DNA of 64,000 bases. Origin: an uncultured delta proteobacterium (GTDB taxonomy: Bacteria; Myxococcota; Myxococcia; Myxococcales; Myxococcaceae). The position numbers and the translations under genes were made by a program. Below, piece after piece: positions 41,690-50,939 of this stretch; positions within the stretch are counted from its first letter, which is position 1, and each line of letters opens with the position of its first letter. The notes under the pieces were generated by a model. The model did not search any database. It was not told where the DNA came from and saw nothing but the letters and a program-made list of their open reading frames with translations. Where the stretch lies: the NCBI GenBank assembly GCA_963713045.1, contig CAVQKE010000003.1, positions 928,001-992,000 of the forward strand. Direction: 5' to 3'.

Positions 41690-41808
41690 TGGCCCTACTC
41701 TGCCTGGCTACGGCCGCAACGGCCAACGGTCGCTCGACACCTTGCTGAACGGCGAGCGGAGTTGACCGCTCGCCAGCCCGTGCTTAGGGCTGCTACAAAC
41801 AGGCAGTC

Positions 41809-42462
41809 GTGGAGAGCCAGGCCAGTGCACTTCAGGCGGTCTGCGACGCCTGCCGCCGACTGCACGGCCGGAACCTACTCGCCGCCGCCGATGGCAACAT
41901 CTCGCTGCGCGTGGGCCGCGACGAAATCGCCATCACCCCGGCTGGCGTCAACAAGTCTGAGCTGCAGCCTGACGACATGGCCCGGATGCGGCTCGACGGC
42001 GCCGTGGTGTCGGGCAACCCGTCGAGCGAGCGGAGGTTGCATCTGTTGGTCTACCAACGCTGCCCAGAGGCTTCTGCCGTGGTGCACGCGCACCCACCCA
42101 TCGCCATCGCCTGGACGCTTGCCTATCCCGAGCTTACCGAACTGCCTGCGGAGGCACTCCCTGAAGTCATCCTCGCCGCGGGAACCATTCCGGTGGTGCC
42201 CTATGCGCGCCCCGGGACGGAGGGAATGGCCAGGGCCGTCGAGGCCTTCCTGCCGGCGTACCGGCTTTTCCTGCTGGCGCGGCACGGCGCGCTGGCCTGG
42301 GGGGAGTCGCTCGAAGAGGCCATCAACGGCATCGAGCGGGTAGAGCATGTCGCCCTCATTCTCAAGACGGCATTCGAACTCGGCGGAGCCAAACCGCTGC
42401 CGGAGGAGGAGCGCCAGGCCCTTCGCTTCCTCCGGGCAAAGAGCGGGCCCAAGCTGCTCTGA
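41809..42462 (+). CDS. Class II aldolase/adducin-family protein (FucA/Ald2-like)
   Basis: Metal-site motifs DGNIS.R, PSSE..LH, HAHP and RHG; lies just upstream of mtnA. Confidence 0.88.
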   Translation: MESQASALQAVCDACRRLHGRNLLAAADGNISLRVGRDEIAITPAGVNKSELQPDDMARMRLDGAVVSGNPSSERRLHLLVYQRCPEASAVVHAHPPIAIAWTLAYPELTELPAEALPEVILAAGTIPVVPYARPGTEGMARAVEAFLPAYRLFLLARHGALAWGESLEEAINGIERVEHVALILKTAFELGGAKPLPEEERQALRFLRAKSGPKLL

Positions 42463-42472
42463 CGAGGCCGAC

Positions 42473-43483
42473 GTGAGGGACCTGCATTCGCTTGGACTCA
42501 AGACAGTGGACGGCCGCGTGCTGGTGCTCGACCAAACGCGCCTTCCCGACGTCGAGGAGTGGCTCGACGGAACAACGCCGAAGGCCATGGTGGAGTGCAT
42601 CCGCCGTCTCAGCGTACGCGGCGCGCCATTGATTGGCATCTCCGCAGCGTTGAGCCTCGCCGCCTACGCCGAGGGGGGCGCACCGCGCGCTGCACTCGAG
42701 CAGGCGTGCGCCGCACTGGGTGCCGCCCGTCCGACTGCGGCCAACCTCGGGTGGGCGATGGACCAAATGCGGCAGGTGCTCACCGTCGGCGGAGGCGTCC
42801 AGCAGTTGGTGCAGCAGGCCGAGGCAATTTTTCAGCAGGACGTTCAGTTTTGCGAACGGATGGCGGACCATGGAGCAGCGCTCGTTGCAGAGGGCGAGGG
42901 AATTCTCACCCACTGCAACACCGGCGGCCTGGTCTCCGCCGGCATCGGGACCGCCCTGGGCGTCATTCGCCGAGCCCACGAGATGGGTAAGGGCATTCAC
43001 GTTTGGGTGGATGAGACGCGGCCCCTACTTCAGGGCGGGAGGCTAACGGCGTGGGAACTGGGCCGGCTCGGCGTTCCTCATACCCTCATCACCGACAGCA
43101 CCGCGGCCGCTGTCCTTGCCCAGGGGAAGGTGCAACGCGTCCTCGTCGGGGCTGACCGCATCGCCCGGAACGGAGACTTCGCCAACAAGGTGGGCACCTA
43201 CGCCCTGGCCATCGTCGCCCGCCACCACCGGGTGCCCTTCCACGCGGTGGCCCCTTGGTCCACGGTCGACCTCTCCTGCGAAAGCGGTCGAGACATCCCC
43301 ATCGAGGAGCGTGCCGCGTCAGAAGTGCGCGGCTACGGCGAGATGCGTTGGGCCCCAAGGGGCGTCAGCGTCTTTAACCCTGCCTTCGACGTCACGCCTG
43401 CTGGCTTGCTCGAGTCCTTGGTGCTGGACCGGGGTGTCTTCGGGCGCGGCGAACTGTCGCGTGGACTTCAGGCCCTCATCTGA
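42473..43483 (+). CDS. mtnA: S-methyl-5-thioribose-1-phosphate isomerase
   Basis: LDQTRLP, VRGAP.IG, RPTA.NL, THCNTG, ETRP.LQG.RLTAWEL and GADRIA.NGD.ANK.GT. GTG start at 42473. Confidence 0.95.
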   Translation: MRDLHSLGLKTVDGRVLVLDQTRLPDVEEWLDGTTPKAMVECIRRLSVRGAPLIGISAALSLAAYAEGGAPRAALEQACAALGAARPTAANLGWAMDQMRQVLTVGGGVQQLVQQAEAIFQQDVQFCERMADHGAALVAEGEGILTHCNTGGLVSAGIGTALGVIRRAHEMGKGIHVWVDETRPLLQGGRLTAWELGRLGVPHTLITDSTAAAVLAQGKVQRVLVGADRIARNGDFANKVGTYALAIVARHHRVPFHAVAPWSTVDLSCESGRDIPIEERAASEVRGYGEMRWAPRGVSVFNPAFDVTPAGLLESLVLDRGVFGRGELSRGLQALI

Positions 43484-43506
43484 GCATCAGCGCCGCAGAC
43501 GGGGGC

Positions 43507-44802
43507 TTACGGTTGCGCTTGCAGTTGCTCCGCGACTTCGAAGCGACGAAGGGACCAGCCCTTCCAGCTTCCCCGCGGATGGACGCGGGTAAAGCCAACC
43601 CACTGAATGCCTTCCAGGCCCTCCAAGGGAAGCGTCACGTCGAAGTGCCCTTCGGCATCCACCGGCGCTATCAAACGCTTGACTGGGTCGCGCTCGCCTT
43701 GGGGGCGCACCCACAGCAAGACCTCTCGGGTGGGGGTTTCCACTCGGCCGCGAATCTCCACCGCAGTGTTGGGTAGCAGGAGGGGTAATTCGGTCTCGAG
43801 CGCGATTTGCTGACTCGAGAAGACGGTGGCGGGCACCGTCGCCAGCGCAATGTCCCCAGAGAAGTCCGGCCCCCGAACGTTGCCCGACTCGACCACCTGT
43901 CCGGCCTGCGGAACGCCCGATTCGACGTCGAGAAAGCACGCCGGCCGGGACTCGAGGCTGGCGTCCTCCAGAGCGAAGTGCAGGTGCGGGCCGGTGGACA
44001 TGCCGGTGTCGCCCGAGTAGCCGATGAGTTCGCCTCGTGCCACCCGCTGCCCCGGTCGAACACGCGTCCCGTGATGGCGGAGATGGCCATATTCGCTGAG
44101 CAGTCCAGAGCCGTGGTCGATGACCACGAAGTTGTACTGGTCAGGGTCCATGTCCGCTGAGCGGTCGAAACGGTCCTGGGTTTGGACCACCACGCCTGGA
44201 GCGACTGCGACGATGGGCGTCCCGATTGCGACGTTGAAGTCGAACGCGAAACGCGATGTTCCGTGGTGCGTGAAACGACCGTTGTTTCCTTGGCTGACGA
44301 AGGCCGTGTCCCTGGCCTCGAAGGGAAGGAAGATGCGGGGGGCGGTCGCATCACAGGCCCAGAGCGACCGCCGGCGAACGCCTCCGTCGGCTTGGACCAT
44401 TCCAGCATCGCTCCCACCGTCAACGGCGCAGCTCGTTCCGCCGTCGCGGTGGACGTCAAGTAGGTCCGCTGGTGCATTCAATAGTTCACGGACAAGGTCG
44501 CGGCGACGGGCCTCCTCCTCGGCGAGTAGCGCGCGGCCGTTGCGAATGCGCTCCAGCAATTCGAGCGCCGCGGCGTGGTCCAAACTCGCCGCCGGAACCG
44601 TCTGCAAAAGGCTCACCACCCGGTCCATCTCCGGACGTGCGTAAGCCGCATCGAGGTGTTGGCCGTACAGCTGACTGAAGAGACGGTGCGCCTCTTCGTA
44701 CTCGGGCGAGGTGGTCTGCCGACACCCGAGCAGCAGGGTCAGCGCGGCCAATGCGACGTTGAGCACCCGGGCCCGCACCCACATGGAGCTGGAGTGTCGC
44801 AC
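43507..44802 (-). CDS. Lipoprotein with an N-terminal helical domain, an M23 peptidase domain and a C-terminal beta domain
   Basis: Lipobox LLGC; M23 motifs THHGTSRFAFD, YGHL and STGPHLHF. Start uncertain (44802 or a downstream ATG). Confidence 0.8.
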   Translation of the reverse strand: MRHSSSMWVRARVLNVALAALTLLLGCRQTTSPEYEEAHRLFSQLYGQHLDAAYARPEMDRVVSLLQTVPAASLDHAAALELLERIRNGRALLAEEEARRRDLVRELLNAPADLLDVHRDGGTSCAVDGGSDAGMVQADGGVRRRSLWACDATAPRIFLPFEARDTAFVSQGNNGRFTHHGTSRFAFDFNVAIGTPIVAVAPGVVVQTQDRFDRSADMDPDQYNFVVIDHGSGLLSEYGHLRHHGTRVRPGQRVARGELIGYSGDTGMSTGPHLHFALEDASLESRPACFLDVESGVPQAGQVVESGNVRGPDFSGDIALATVPATVFSSQQIALETELPLLLPNTAVEIRGRVETPTREVLLWVRPQGERDPVKRLIAPVDAEGHFDVTLPLEGLEGIQWVGFTRVHPRGSWKGWSLRRFEVAEQLQAQP

Positions 44803-44856
44803 AGGCCGGGCTGAGCCAGGGCGAAGCCGGGGAAGCCCGGGAAGTCCCTCCGAGGC

Positions 44857-47800
44857 TCAGCCCAGCTCGACGACCTTTTCTCCGAAGAGCCGGTCGACCT
44901 GCGAGATGAGCTCGTCCGTCACGTCGACCTTCAGCGGGGCACCAATGACGGCCTCAGCCTCCCCGGGAAACACAATGGACAGCGCGACCGGCGTCGCACC
45001 GGGTTGCGATTGGGCAAGCCGAGAGAGCTCCTCCAAACGCGCGTCGGTGACCAGGTCCGCGCGGACCCGGAGCTCGAGGCGCTTGAGGCGCTTGTCCCGA
45101 ACGTCTTTGAGACTCTGCACCTGCTCGACGATGAGCTCTGCGACCGGGTTCTCCTCATCGCGAATGTTCACCTGCACGGTCCCGGTGACCAGGATGGGGT
45201 CGTCTGCTTTGAGGAGGTGCTCCCAGGCCTCGTACCCGGGCCGGGCTGCGCCCTTGGTCCACTTCCCGTCCCTCCCCATCACGCTTCGACCGCCGTCTTT
45301 GCCTGGGAAGCACACCAGTTCCACGGAACCGGACAGGTCCTCCAGCGTCACCCAGGCCATGCGTTTGCCAGTCTTGGTCGGCCGTTCCCGAAGCTGGGCA
45401 ACGATGCCGGCCACGGTCACCGTTTCGTCGCGCCGGGCACGTTGCACGGAGGCGGCTGGTCGTGCCCAGCGCCGTAGCTCGCGCTCATATTGGTGCAGCG
45501 GATGTCCAGACACGTAGAAGCCGATGGCTTCCTTCTCGGCTGCCAGTCGCTCCTTCTCGGGCCATTCCTCGGCTGGGACGTATTCGCCACTGGCCACTTT
45601 GGTTGCGGTGGGACCCGCCGCCCCAAGCAGCCCGAACAGCGATGACTGCCCCACCGCTCGGTCGCGCTGCGCCGACGCACCGCGCTCCGTCGCCCGCTCG
45701 ACACTGAGGAAGAGCTGCCGTCGCGGACGGCGCTCGAAGTCGAAGGCACCGGCCTTGACCAGCGCCTCCAGTCCCTTTCGGTTCACCCGTCGAGAATCGA
45801 CGCGTTCGCAAAAATCGAAGAGGTCTCGAAAGGGGCCGTTGGCCCGCGCCTCGAGGATGGCCTCGATGGCGCTTTCTCCGACGCCCTTGATGGCCCCCAG
45901 CCCGAAACGGATTTTCCCGTCCACTGCCCCAAAGGCGAGGTCCGACTGGTTGACGTCTGGAGGGAGCACCTCCAATCCAGCGGCGCGCGCCTCAGCGATG
46001 TGGGCCACCACCTTGTCGGTGTTGTCCTTTTCGCTGGTGAGCAGCGCCGCCGTGAATTCAGTGGGGTAGTGAGCTTTCAGCCAGGCGGTCTGCACCGTGA
46101 TGAGCCCGTAGGCGGCGGAGTGCGACTTGTTGAAGCCGTACTCGGCAAACTTCTCCATCAAGTCGAAAATCTCTCCGGCGACCTTCGCTTCCACCCCCTT
46201 CTGTCGGCAGCCATCCAGGAAGCCGGCCCGTTCGGCCTGCATCACCTCAGCCTTCTTCTTGCCCATCGCTCGCCGGAGCAGGTCGGCACGCCCCAGCGAG
46301 TAGCCGCCCAACACCTGGCTAATCTGCATCACCTGTTCTTGGTAGACGATGACGCCGTAGGTGTCTTTGAGGACTGGCTCGAGCGCCGGATGGGGGAAGA
46401 CGACCTTCTCTCGCCCGTGCTTGCGGGCGATGAAGACATCCACCATCCCCGAGTCGAGCGGTCCCGGTCGGTACAGCGCACCCGCCGCAATCACGTCCTC
46501 GAAGCAGGTCGGTTTGAGTTTCATCACCATCTCGGTGAAGCCACTCGACTCCATCTGAAAGACGCCCGCGGTGTCCCCCCGAGAGATGAGCTGGAACGTG
46601 GCCGGGTCGGCGATGGGAATCTGATGGGCCTGCAGTGTCTGATCCACCGGCCGGTTGCGGTTGATGAGCGTCAGTGCGTGCTGGATGACGGTGAGGGTCG
46701 TCAGTCCGAGGAAGTCGAACTTGACCAGTCCGGCGGCCTCCACCTCATCCTTGGCGAACTGGGTGATGAGCACCTTTTCGCCCGGCGGCTGATAGATGGG
46801 GACATAATTCCAAAGCGGCTGGTCCGCGATGACTACCCCGGCAGCGTGCATGCCGGCCTGACGGTGGAGTCCTTCCAGGGCAAGCGCAATCTCGAGCAGC
46901 TCCTTGGAGGTGACTTGCCGTCCGTCCTCGAGGGTGCCCAAGACGGTGGGCGAGTCAATCATCTCTTTAAGACGCGGCTCCTTCTCGATGGCTTCCTTGA
47001 GGGTGATGTTGAGGATTTCCGGGACGAGCTTGGCGATGCGATCGCCCTCGGAAAAGGGCAAACCGAAGACGCGCGCCACATCGCGCAGCACGCTCTTCGC
47101 CTTGAGCGAGCCGAAGGTGATGATTTGGCCGACGTTGTTTTGGCCATATTTGCCGGCGACGTACTCAATCACCTCGTCGCGCCGCTCCTGGCAAAAGTCG
47201 ATGTCGAAGTCGGGCATCGAGACGCGCTCTGGGTTGAGAAACCGCTCGAACAGCAAGTTGTAGGGGAGCGGGTCGAGGTCGGTAATGCGAAGCGCGTAGG
47301 CCACCAGAGAGCCTGCGCCTGAACCACGTCCCGGGCCGACCGGGATAGCGTTGCGCTTCGCCCAGTTGATGAAGTCCTGGACGATGAGGAAGTAGCTGGA
47401 GAATCCCATCGCCGAAATCATCGCCAGCTCGGTCCCGAGGCGATGCAGGTAGGTCTCGCGGTCTACGGGGTAGCTCAGCTCCCGAAAGCGTTCCTCCATC
47501 CCGCGGGTGGCGAGTTCGGCCATGTAGGAGTCGGGCGTGTGGGCCTCCGGCACTCGGAAGGTGGGGAGCATTGGCTTGCCCAGCTTCAATTCGAGCGTGC
47601 AGGCCTCGGCGATGCGCATCGTGTTGTGCACCGCCTCCGGAACGTCGGCGAAGCAGGCCAGCATTTCCTCCGGGCTGGTGACGTAGAGCTTGTCGGTGGT
47701 GTGCTTCATCCGCTTGTTGTCGGCCAGCGTTTTGCCCGAGGCGATGGCCATCAACAGCTCGTGAGCCCGAGCGTCCTCACGTTTGATGTAGTGGGCATCC

Positions 47801-48405
47801 GCCGTGGCCACCAGCGGCACGCCGACGTCACGAGAGAGTTGTTTGAGGTTGGTGTTGGCGAGCTCCTGCTCGGGAAGCCCATTGGACTGGACCTCGAGGA
47901 AGAAATGGTCCGGGGCAAAAATCTGCTGGTACTCGCGCGCCGTCCGGCGAGCGTGGTCCATGTCCCCCCGAAAACAGGCGGCGGTAATCTCGCCGCCGAG
48001 GCAAGCGGTCAGGCCGAACAGACCGCCGCTGTGCTCGCCGAGCAGCTGCTTGTCGATGCGTGGGTGGTAGTAGAAACCGTCGAGGTAAGCCCGCGAAGCG
48101 AGAATCCGGAGGTTGGCGTACCCCTCCTCGTTCTTGGCCAAAAGGATGAGATGGTGAGCCACCTTCTCGTTCCGGTCGGCGCGACCTTTGTCGCCGGCCA
48201 CATAGGCCTCCATCCCGAGGATGGGCTTGACGCCGGCGTCCTTGGCCTTCCGGTAAAAGTCGATGGCTCCGAACATGTTGCCATGGTCGGTCACTGCAAC
48301 GGCGGACATCCCCTTGGCCTGGACCGTCTTGATGAGGTCCTTCATTCGAATCGCGCCGTCGAGGAGGGAATACAGCGTGTGGAGGTGCAAATGGGTGAAG
48401 GACAT
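44857..48405 (-). CDS. dnaE: DNA polymerase III alpha subunit
   Basis: PHP domain HLHTLYSLLDG, GRGSGAGSLV, PDFDIDF, KFDFLGL, YGFNKSH, clamp motif QSSLF and an OB fold. True ATG at 48405. Confidence 0.97.
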   Translation of the reverse strand: MSFTHLHLHTLYSLLDGAIRMKDLIKTVQAKGMSAVAVTDHGNMFGAIDFYRKAKDAGVKPILGMEAYVAGDKGRADRNEKVAHHLILLAKNEEGYANLRILASRAYLDGFYYHPRIDKQLLGEHSGGLFGLTACLGGEITAACFRGDMDHARRTAREYQQIFAPDHFFLEVQSNGLPEQELANTNLKQLSRDVGVPLVATADAHYIKREDARAHELLMAIASGKTLADNKRMKHTTDKLYVTSPEEMLACFADVPEAVHNTMRIAEACTLELKLGKPMLPTFRVPEAHTPDSYMAELATRGMEERFRELSYPVDRETYLHRLGTELAMISAMGFSSYFLIVQDFINWAKRNAIPVGPGRGSGAGSLVAYALRITDLDPLPYNLLFERFLNPERVSMPDFDIDFCQERRDEVIEYVAGKYGQNNVGQIITFGSLKAKSVLRDVARVFGLPFSEGDRIAKLVPEILNITLKEAIEKEPRLKEMIDSPTVLGTLEDGRQVTSKELLEIALALEGLHRQAGMHAAGVVIADQPLWNYVPIYQPPGEKVLITQFAKDEVEAAGLVKFDFLGLTTLTVIQHALTLINRNRPVDQTLQAHQIPIADPATFQLISRGDTAGVFQMESSGFTEMVMKLKPTCFEDVIAAGALYRPGPLDSGMVDVFIARKHGREKVVFPHPALEPVLKDTYGVIVYQEQVMQISQVLGGYSLGRADLLRRAMGKKKAEVMQAERAGFLDGCRQKGVEAKVAGEIFDLMEKFAEYGFNKSHSAAYGLITVQTAWLKAHYPTEFTAALLTSEKDNTDKVVAHIAEARAAGLEVLPPDVNQSDLAFGAVDGKIRFGLGAIKGVGESAIEAILEARANGPFRDLFDFCERVDSRRVNRKGLEALVKAGAFDFERRPRRQLFLSVERATERGASAQRDRAVGQSSLFGLLGAAGPTATKVASGEYVPAEEWPEKERLAAEKEAIGFYVSGHPLHQYERELRRWARPAASVQRARRDETVTVAGIVAQLRERPTKTGKRMAWVTLEDLSGSVELVCFPGKDGGRSVMGRDGKWTKGAARPGYEAWEHLLKADDPILVTGTVQVNIRDEENPVAELIVEQVQSLKDVRDKRLKRLELRVRADLVTDARLEELSRLAQSQPGATPVALSIVFPGEAEAVIGAPLKVDVTDELISQVDRLFGEKVVELG

Positions 48406-48564
48406 GGGCCAGTGGACGAAGTAACACGACCGGGCGACGCAAGCCCGCCCTGACCGACCCGCCCGCGCTGGGCCAGTCGCCCTTCTAAGGCCCGCATCCT
48501 CCGTCCCCACGCGAGGGCTCGAGGAGCCGTCGGGCCGGCGGAGTAGCCTCCCGGGCTTCTTCCC

Positions 48565-50196
48565 ATGCTCTCCCCACGGCAAGCGACCGCCTTGCTCGCG
48601 CCCGAGGACCGCCGCCGGCAGGGCGTCTACCTCACCCCGCCAGAGCTGGTGGAAACGGTCCTCGACTTGGCCCTTCCCTTGCTCCCGGCCGGAGCGCTGA
48701 CCATCGTCGACCCGGCCTGTGGGGACGGGGCATTCTTGGCCGCCGCAGCGGCGCGCCTCCCGAGGGCCCAACTCTTCGGCCTGGAACTCTCCGAGGTCCT
48801 CGCCGGGGCGGCGCGCGCTCGGGTTCCCCGGGCTCGTGTCCTCGTCGGCGATGGTTTGCGCGGGGGCTGGACCGAGCTGCAAGCCGCTTTGCCCCCGGGG
48901 AACGTCGAGCTTTGGCTGGGAAACCCGCCCTACAACGGGACCTCTCCGTTGCTGCGAGACGCTCGAGCCTACGCCGCGCTCCTCGGCCGCATCGGTCTTA
49001 AAGACGCTCTTCCCCCGGGGACAAGTCTTCGGGACGACTTTGCATTTTTCATCCTCCTGGCTGCCCACCACCTTCGGGAGCGGCAAGGGGTGCTCGCCTG
49101 GGTCACCCCGGCCACGCTGCTCGACGCCTTCCTTTATGCGCCACTGCGACAGCGTCTGATGACGTCGTTCGCCTTGGAGCACGTGGTGGACCTCGGCTCT
49201 GGCGCCTTTGCAGAGACGCGCGTCCGAACCTGCGTCACGGTTTGGCGTTGTGCCGGCCCTCGCCGACAGGCGCGGTTCCGCCAGCGACTCTCAGCCGAAA
49301 CACTCCAGTTTGGAGAGGAGACGCGGTTTGTTCCTGAGGCGCCCGAATGGAACCTTCGACCGACGAGCTCTGAAGCGCGTTCGCTCGACGCCGCTTGGCG
49401 CGCCCGCGGAGAACCCCTCGACCTGCTGGTCCCAGTGCACTGCAGCGGACTCAAGACTCGCTTCGACGAATTGCTGGTCGATGCCGACGCGGAGGTACTG
49501 CTGCAGCGGGTCGATGCCTTCCTCAGGACGCCGGCGCACCAAATGAGGCGCTTCGCGAAGGGGTTCGGTCTTCCGGCCGCCCTCATCCCGAAGCTCGAGG
49601 GACTTCGCCGAACTCCGGGCCTTCCCAAGCGGGCTGAGGCAACCTCTGTTCGCCGCTTCTTCCGCTATGCCGGGGCGCGCCATCGTAGCCGCGTACCCGA
49701 CTCGGCCCGGGCCTTTTGCTACCTGGACCGGCGTCTCATTCCCCGCGGCGACCATCGGCTGAACGGCCGCTTCGACCCCCACCTTCACCCGTGCAAGCTG
49801 GTCTTCAACCTGCGCGAGTTGCCGCTCTCGGCCGCTCTTCTGGCAGCGCCGGGCTGCGTTCCAGCCCACCGCCATGCCCGCTTCGCTCCGCTCGAAGTCC
49901 CGCAGCGCGTATGGGCGCAGGGACCGGGTGTGGCTCGCCGTGTCAGGAGCCTTGGCCCGGCCGTCTTGAATCTCTCGGCCGGCGGCCGAGCGTGGGCCCA
50001 TCGGCTCGGCAGCGGGCGCGCCGCCTTCGAGTGCATCGTGAGGTTCGTCAACAGTCCGGCGGTGCAAGGGGTGTGGGCTCCCGCGTTTGGTCGCTCGCGC
50101 TCGCTTCCCATTCCTCTGGATATGGTGTTGGAGAGCGGCGACGGATTTGGCGTCGCCAGTGGCCCCTCCGTGGGGTTAGGACTGCCCTCTCTCTAG
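48565..50196 (+). CDS. Orphan N6-adenine DNA methyltransferase (gamma class) with a long C-terminal specificity region
   Basis: Motif X GVYLTP, motif I DPACGDGAFL, motif IV GNPPY, and about 300 aa of C-terminal extension. No nuclease or helicase gene adjacent. Confidence 0.85.
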   Translation: MLSPRQATALLAPEDRRRQGVYLTPPELVETVLDLALPLLPAGALTIVDPACGDGAFLAAAAARLPRAQLFGLELSEVLAGAARARVPRARVLVGDGLRGGWTELQAALPPGNVELWLGNPPYNGTSPLLRDARAYAALLGRIGLKDALPPGTSLRDDFAFFILLAAHHLRERQGVLAWVTPATLLDAFLYAPLRQRLMTSFALEHVVDLGSGAFAETRVRTCVTVWRCAGPRRQARFRQRLSAETLQFGEETRFVPEAPEWNLRPTSSEARSLDAAWRARGEPLDLLVPVHCSGLKTRFDELLVDADAEVLLQRVDAFLRTPAHQMRRFAKGFGLPAALIPKLEGLRRTPGLPKRAEATSVRRFFRYAGARHRSRVPDSARAFCYLDRRLIPRGDHRLNGRFDPHLHPCKLVFNLRELPLSAALLAAPGCVPAHRHARFAPLEVPQRVWAQGPGVARRVRSLGPAVLNLSAGGRAWAHRLGSGRAAFECIVRFVNSPAVQGVWAPAFGRSRSLPIPLDMVLESGDGFGVASGPSVGLGLPSL

Positions 50197-50203
50197 GAGG
50201 TAC

Positions 50204-50749
50204 GTGATGAGACGAACCGTTCGCATCGGACTGATGGCAGCCCTGCTCAGTTCAAGTCTGGCGCTCGGGCAAAGCCCAGCGCCGACGGCAAGTGCTGCCG
50301 CGCCCGCGACAAAAACCGTCGAACTCAAGGACCAGAAGGGGAAACTGGTGGGAACGGTGGTCTTGATGGACACCCCTCACGGCCTTCTTTTGCGCGGGAG
50401 TCTGACTGGTCTTCCGCCCGGCACCCACGCCATCCATTTCCACGAGATTGGCAAGTGCGAGCCCCCCTTCAAGAGTTCGGGAGGGCACTTCAACCCAACC
50501 AAGAAGGAGCATGGCATCCTGGACGCCGCGGGCCCGCACGCCGGAGACTTGCCGAACCTGGTCATCCCGAAGAATGGAAAGCTCGACTTCGAGCTTTTCG
50601 CCATGGACCTCACCTTGGCCCCAGGGACGAACACGGTGATGGATGACGACGGCACGGCACTGGTCATCCATGCCAAGGCCGACGACTACAAGAGCCAGCC
50701 TGCCGGGGCCGCCGGCGACCGAATCGCCTGCGGCGTCATTACCAAGTAG
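50204..50749 (+). CDS. sodC: Periplasmic Cu/Zn superoxide dismutase
   Basis: Signal peptide, HAIHFH, GGHFNP, HG, HAGDLPN, VIHA..DD and RIACGVI. Confidence 0.95.
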   Translation: MMRRTVRIGLMAALLSSSLALGQSPAPTASAAAPATKTVELKDQKGKLVGTVVLMDTPHGLLLRGSLTGLPPGTHAIHFHEIGKCEPPFKSSGGHFNPTKKEHGILDAAGPHAGDLPNLVIPKNGKLDFELFAMDLTLAPGTNTVMDDDGTALVIHAKADDYKSQPAGAAGDRIACGVITK

Positions 50750-50833
50750 CGGCGGCGGCGATGGCCGCCCCCCGAGGCCCGCCGCCCGCGCCCGCCGCCC
50801 GCGCCTCGACGTTCTCCTCGGCTCCAAATCCAC

Positions 50834-50880
50834 CTGTCAGCGACGTCTCCGGTCCAAACTGTCAGCGATCACCCCGGTCC
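50834..50880 (+). repeat. Imperfect 22-bp direct repeat, period 25
   Basis: CTGTCAGCGAcgtCtCCGGTCC (50834-50855) and CTGTCAGCGAtcaCcCCGGTCC (50859-50880), 18/22 identical. Confidence 0.7.
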
Positions 50881-50900
50881 GTACCGGGGTGGGCCGCATA

Positions 50901-50916
50901 CTGAACGGATTGTCAG
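50901..50916. promoter_or_regulatory. Putative LexA (SOS) box, myxobacterial type
   Basis: CTGAACGGATTGTCAG. Its reverse complement CTGACAATCCGTTCAG matches 15 of the first 16 positions of the M. xanthus consensus CTRHAMRYBYGTTCAGS. Lies 23 bp before ATG 50940. Confidence 0.65.
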
Positions 50917-50939
50917 TCCGGCATGAGAGAGTGCCTCTC

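Noticed and set aside
44808..44863. 10-bp inverted repeat GGGCTGAGCC/GGCTCAGCCC at the end of dnaE
   Set aside because: One arm overlaps the dnaE stop and there is no U-tract. Plausible by chance at this GC content.
48406..49182. 259-aa N-terminal extension of DnaE in the ORF track
   Set aside because: It is antisense to the methyltransferase. DnaE homology begins at MSFTHLHLH (48405).
48565..50196. Restriction-modification or BREX/DISARM defence island
   Set aside because: The methyltransferase is alone and flanked by dnaE and sodC; it is reported instead as an orphan MTase.
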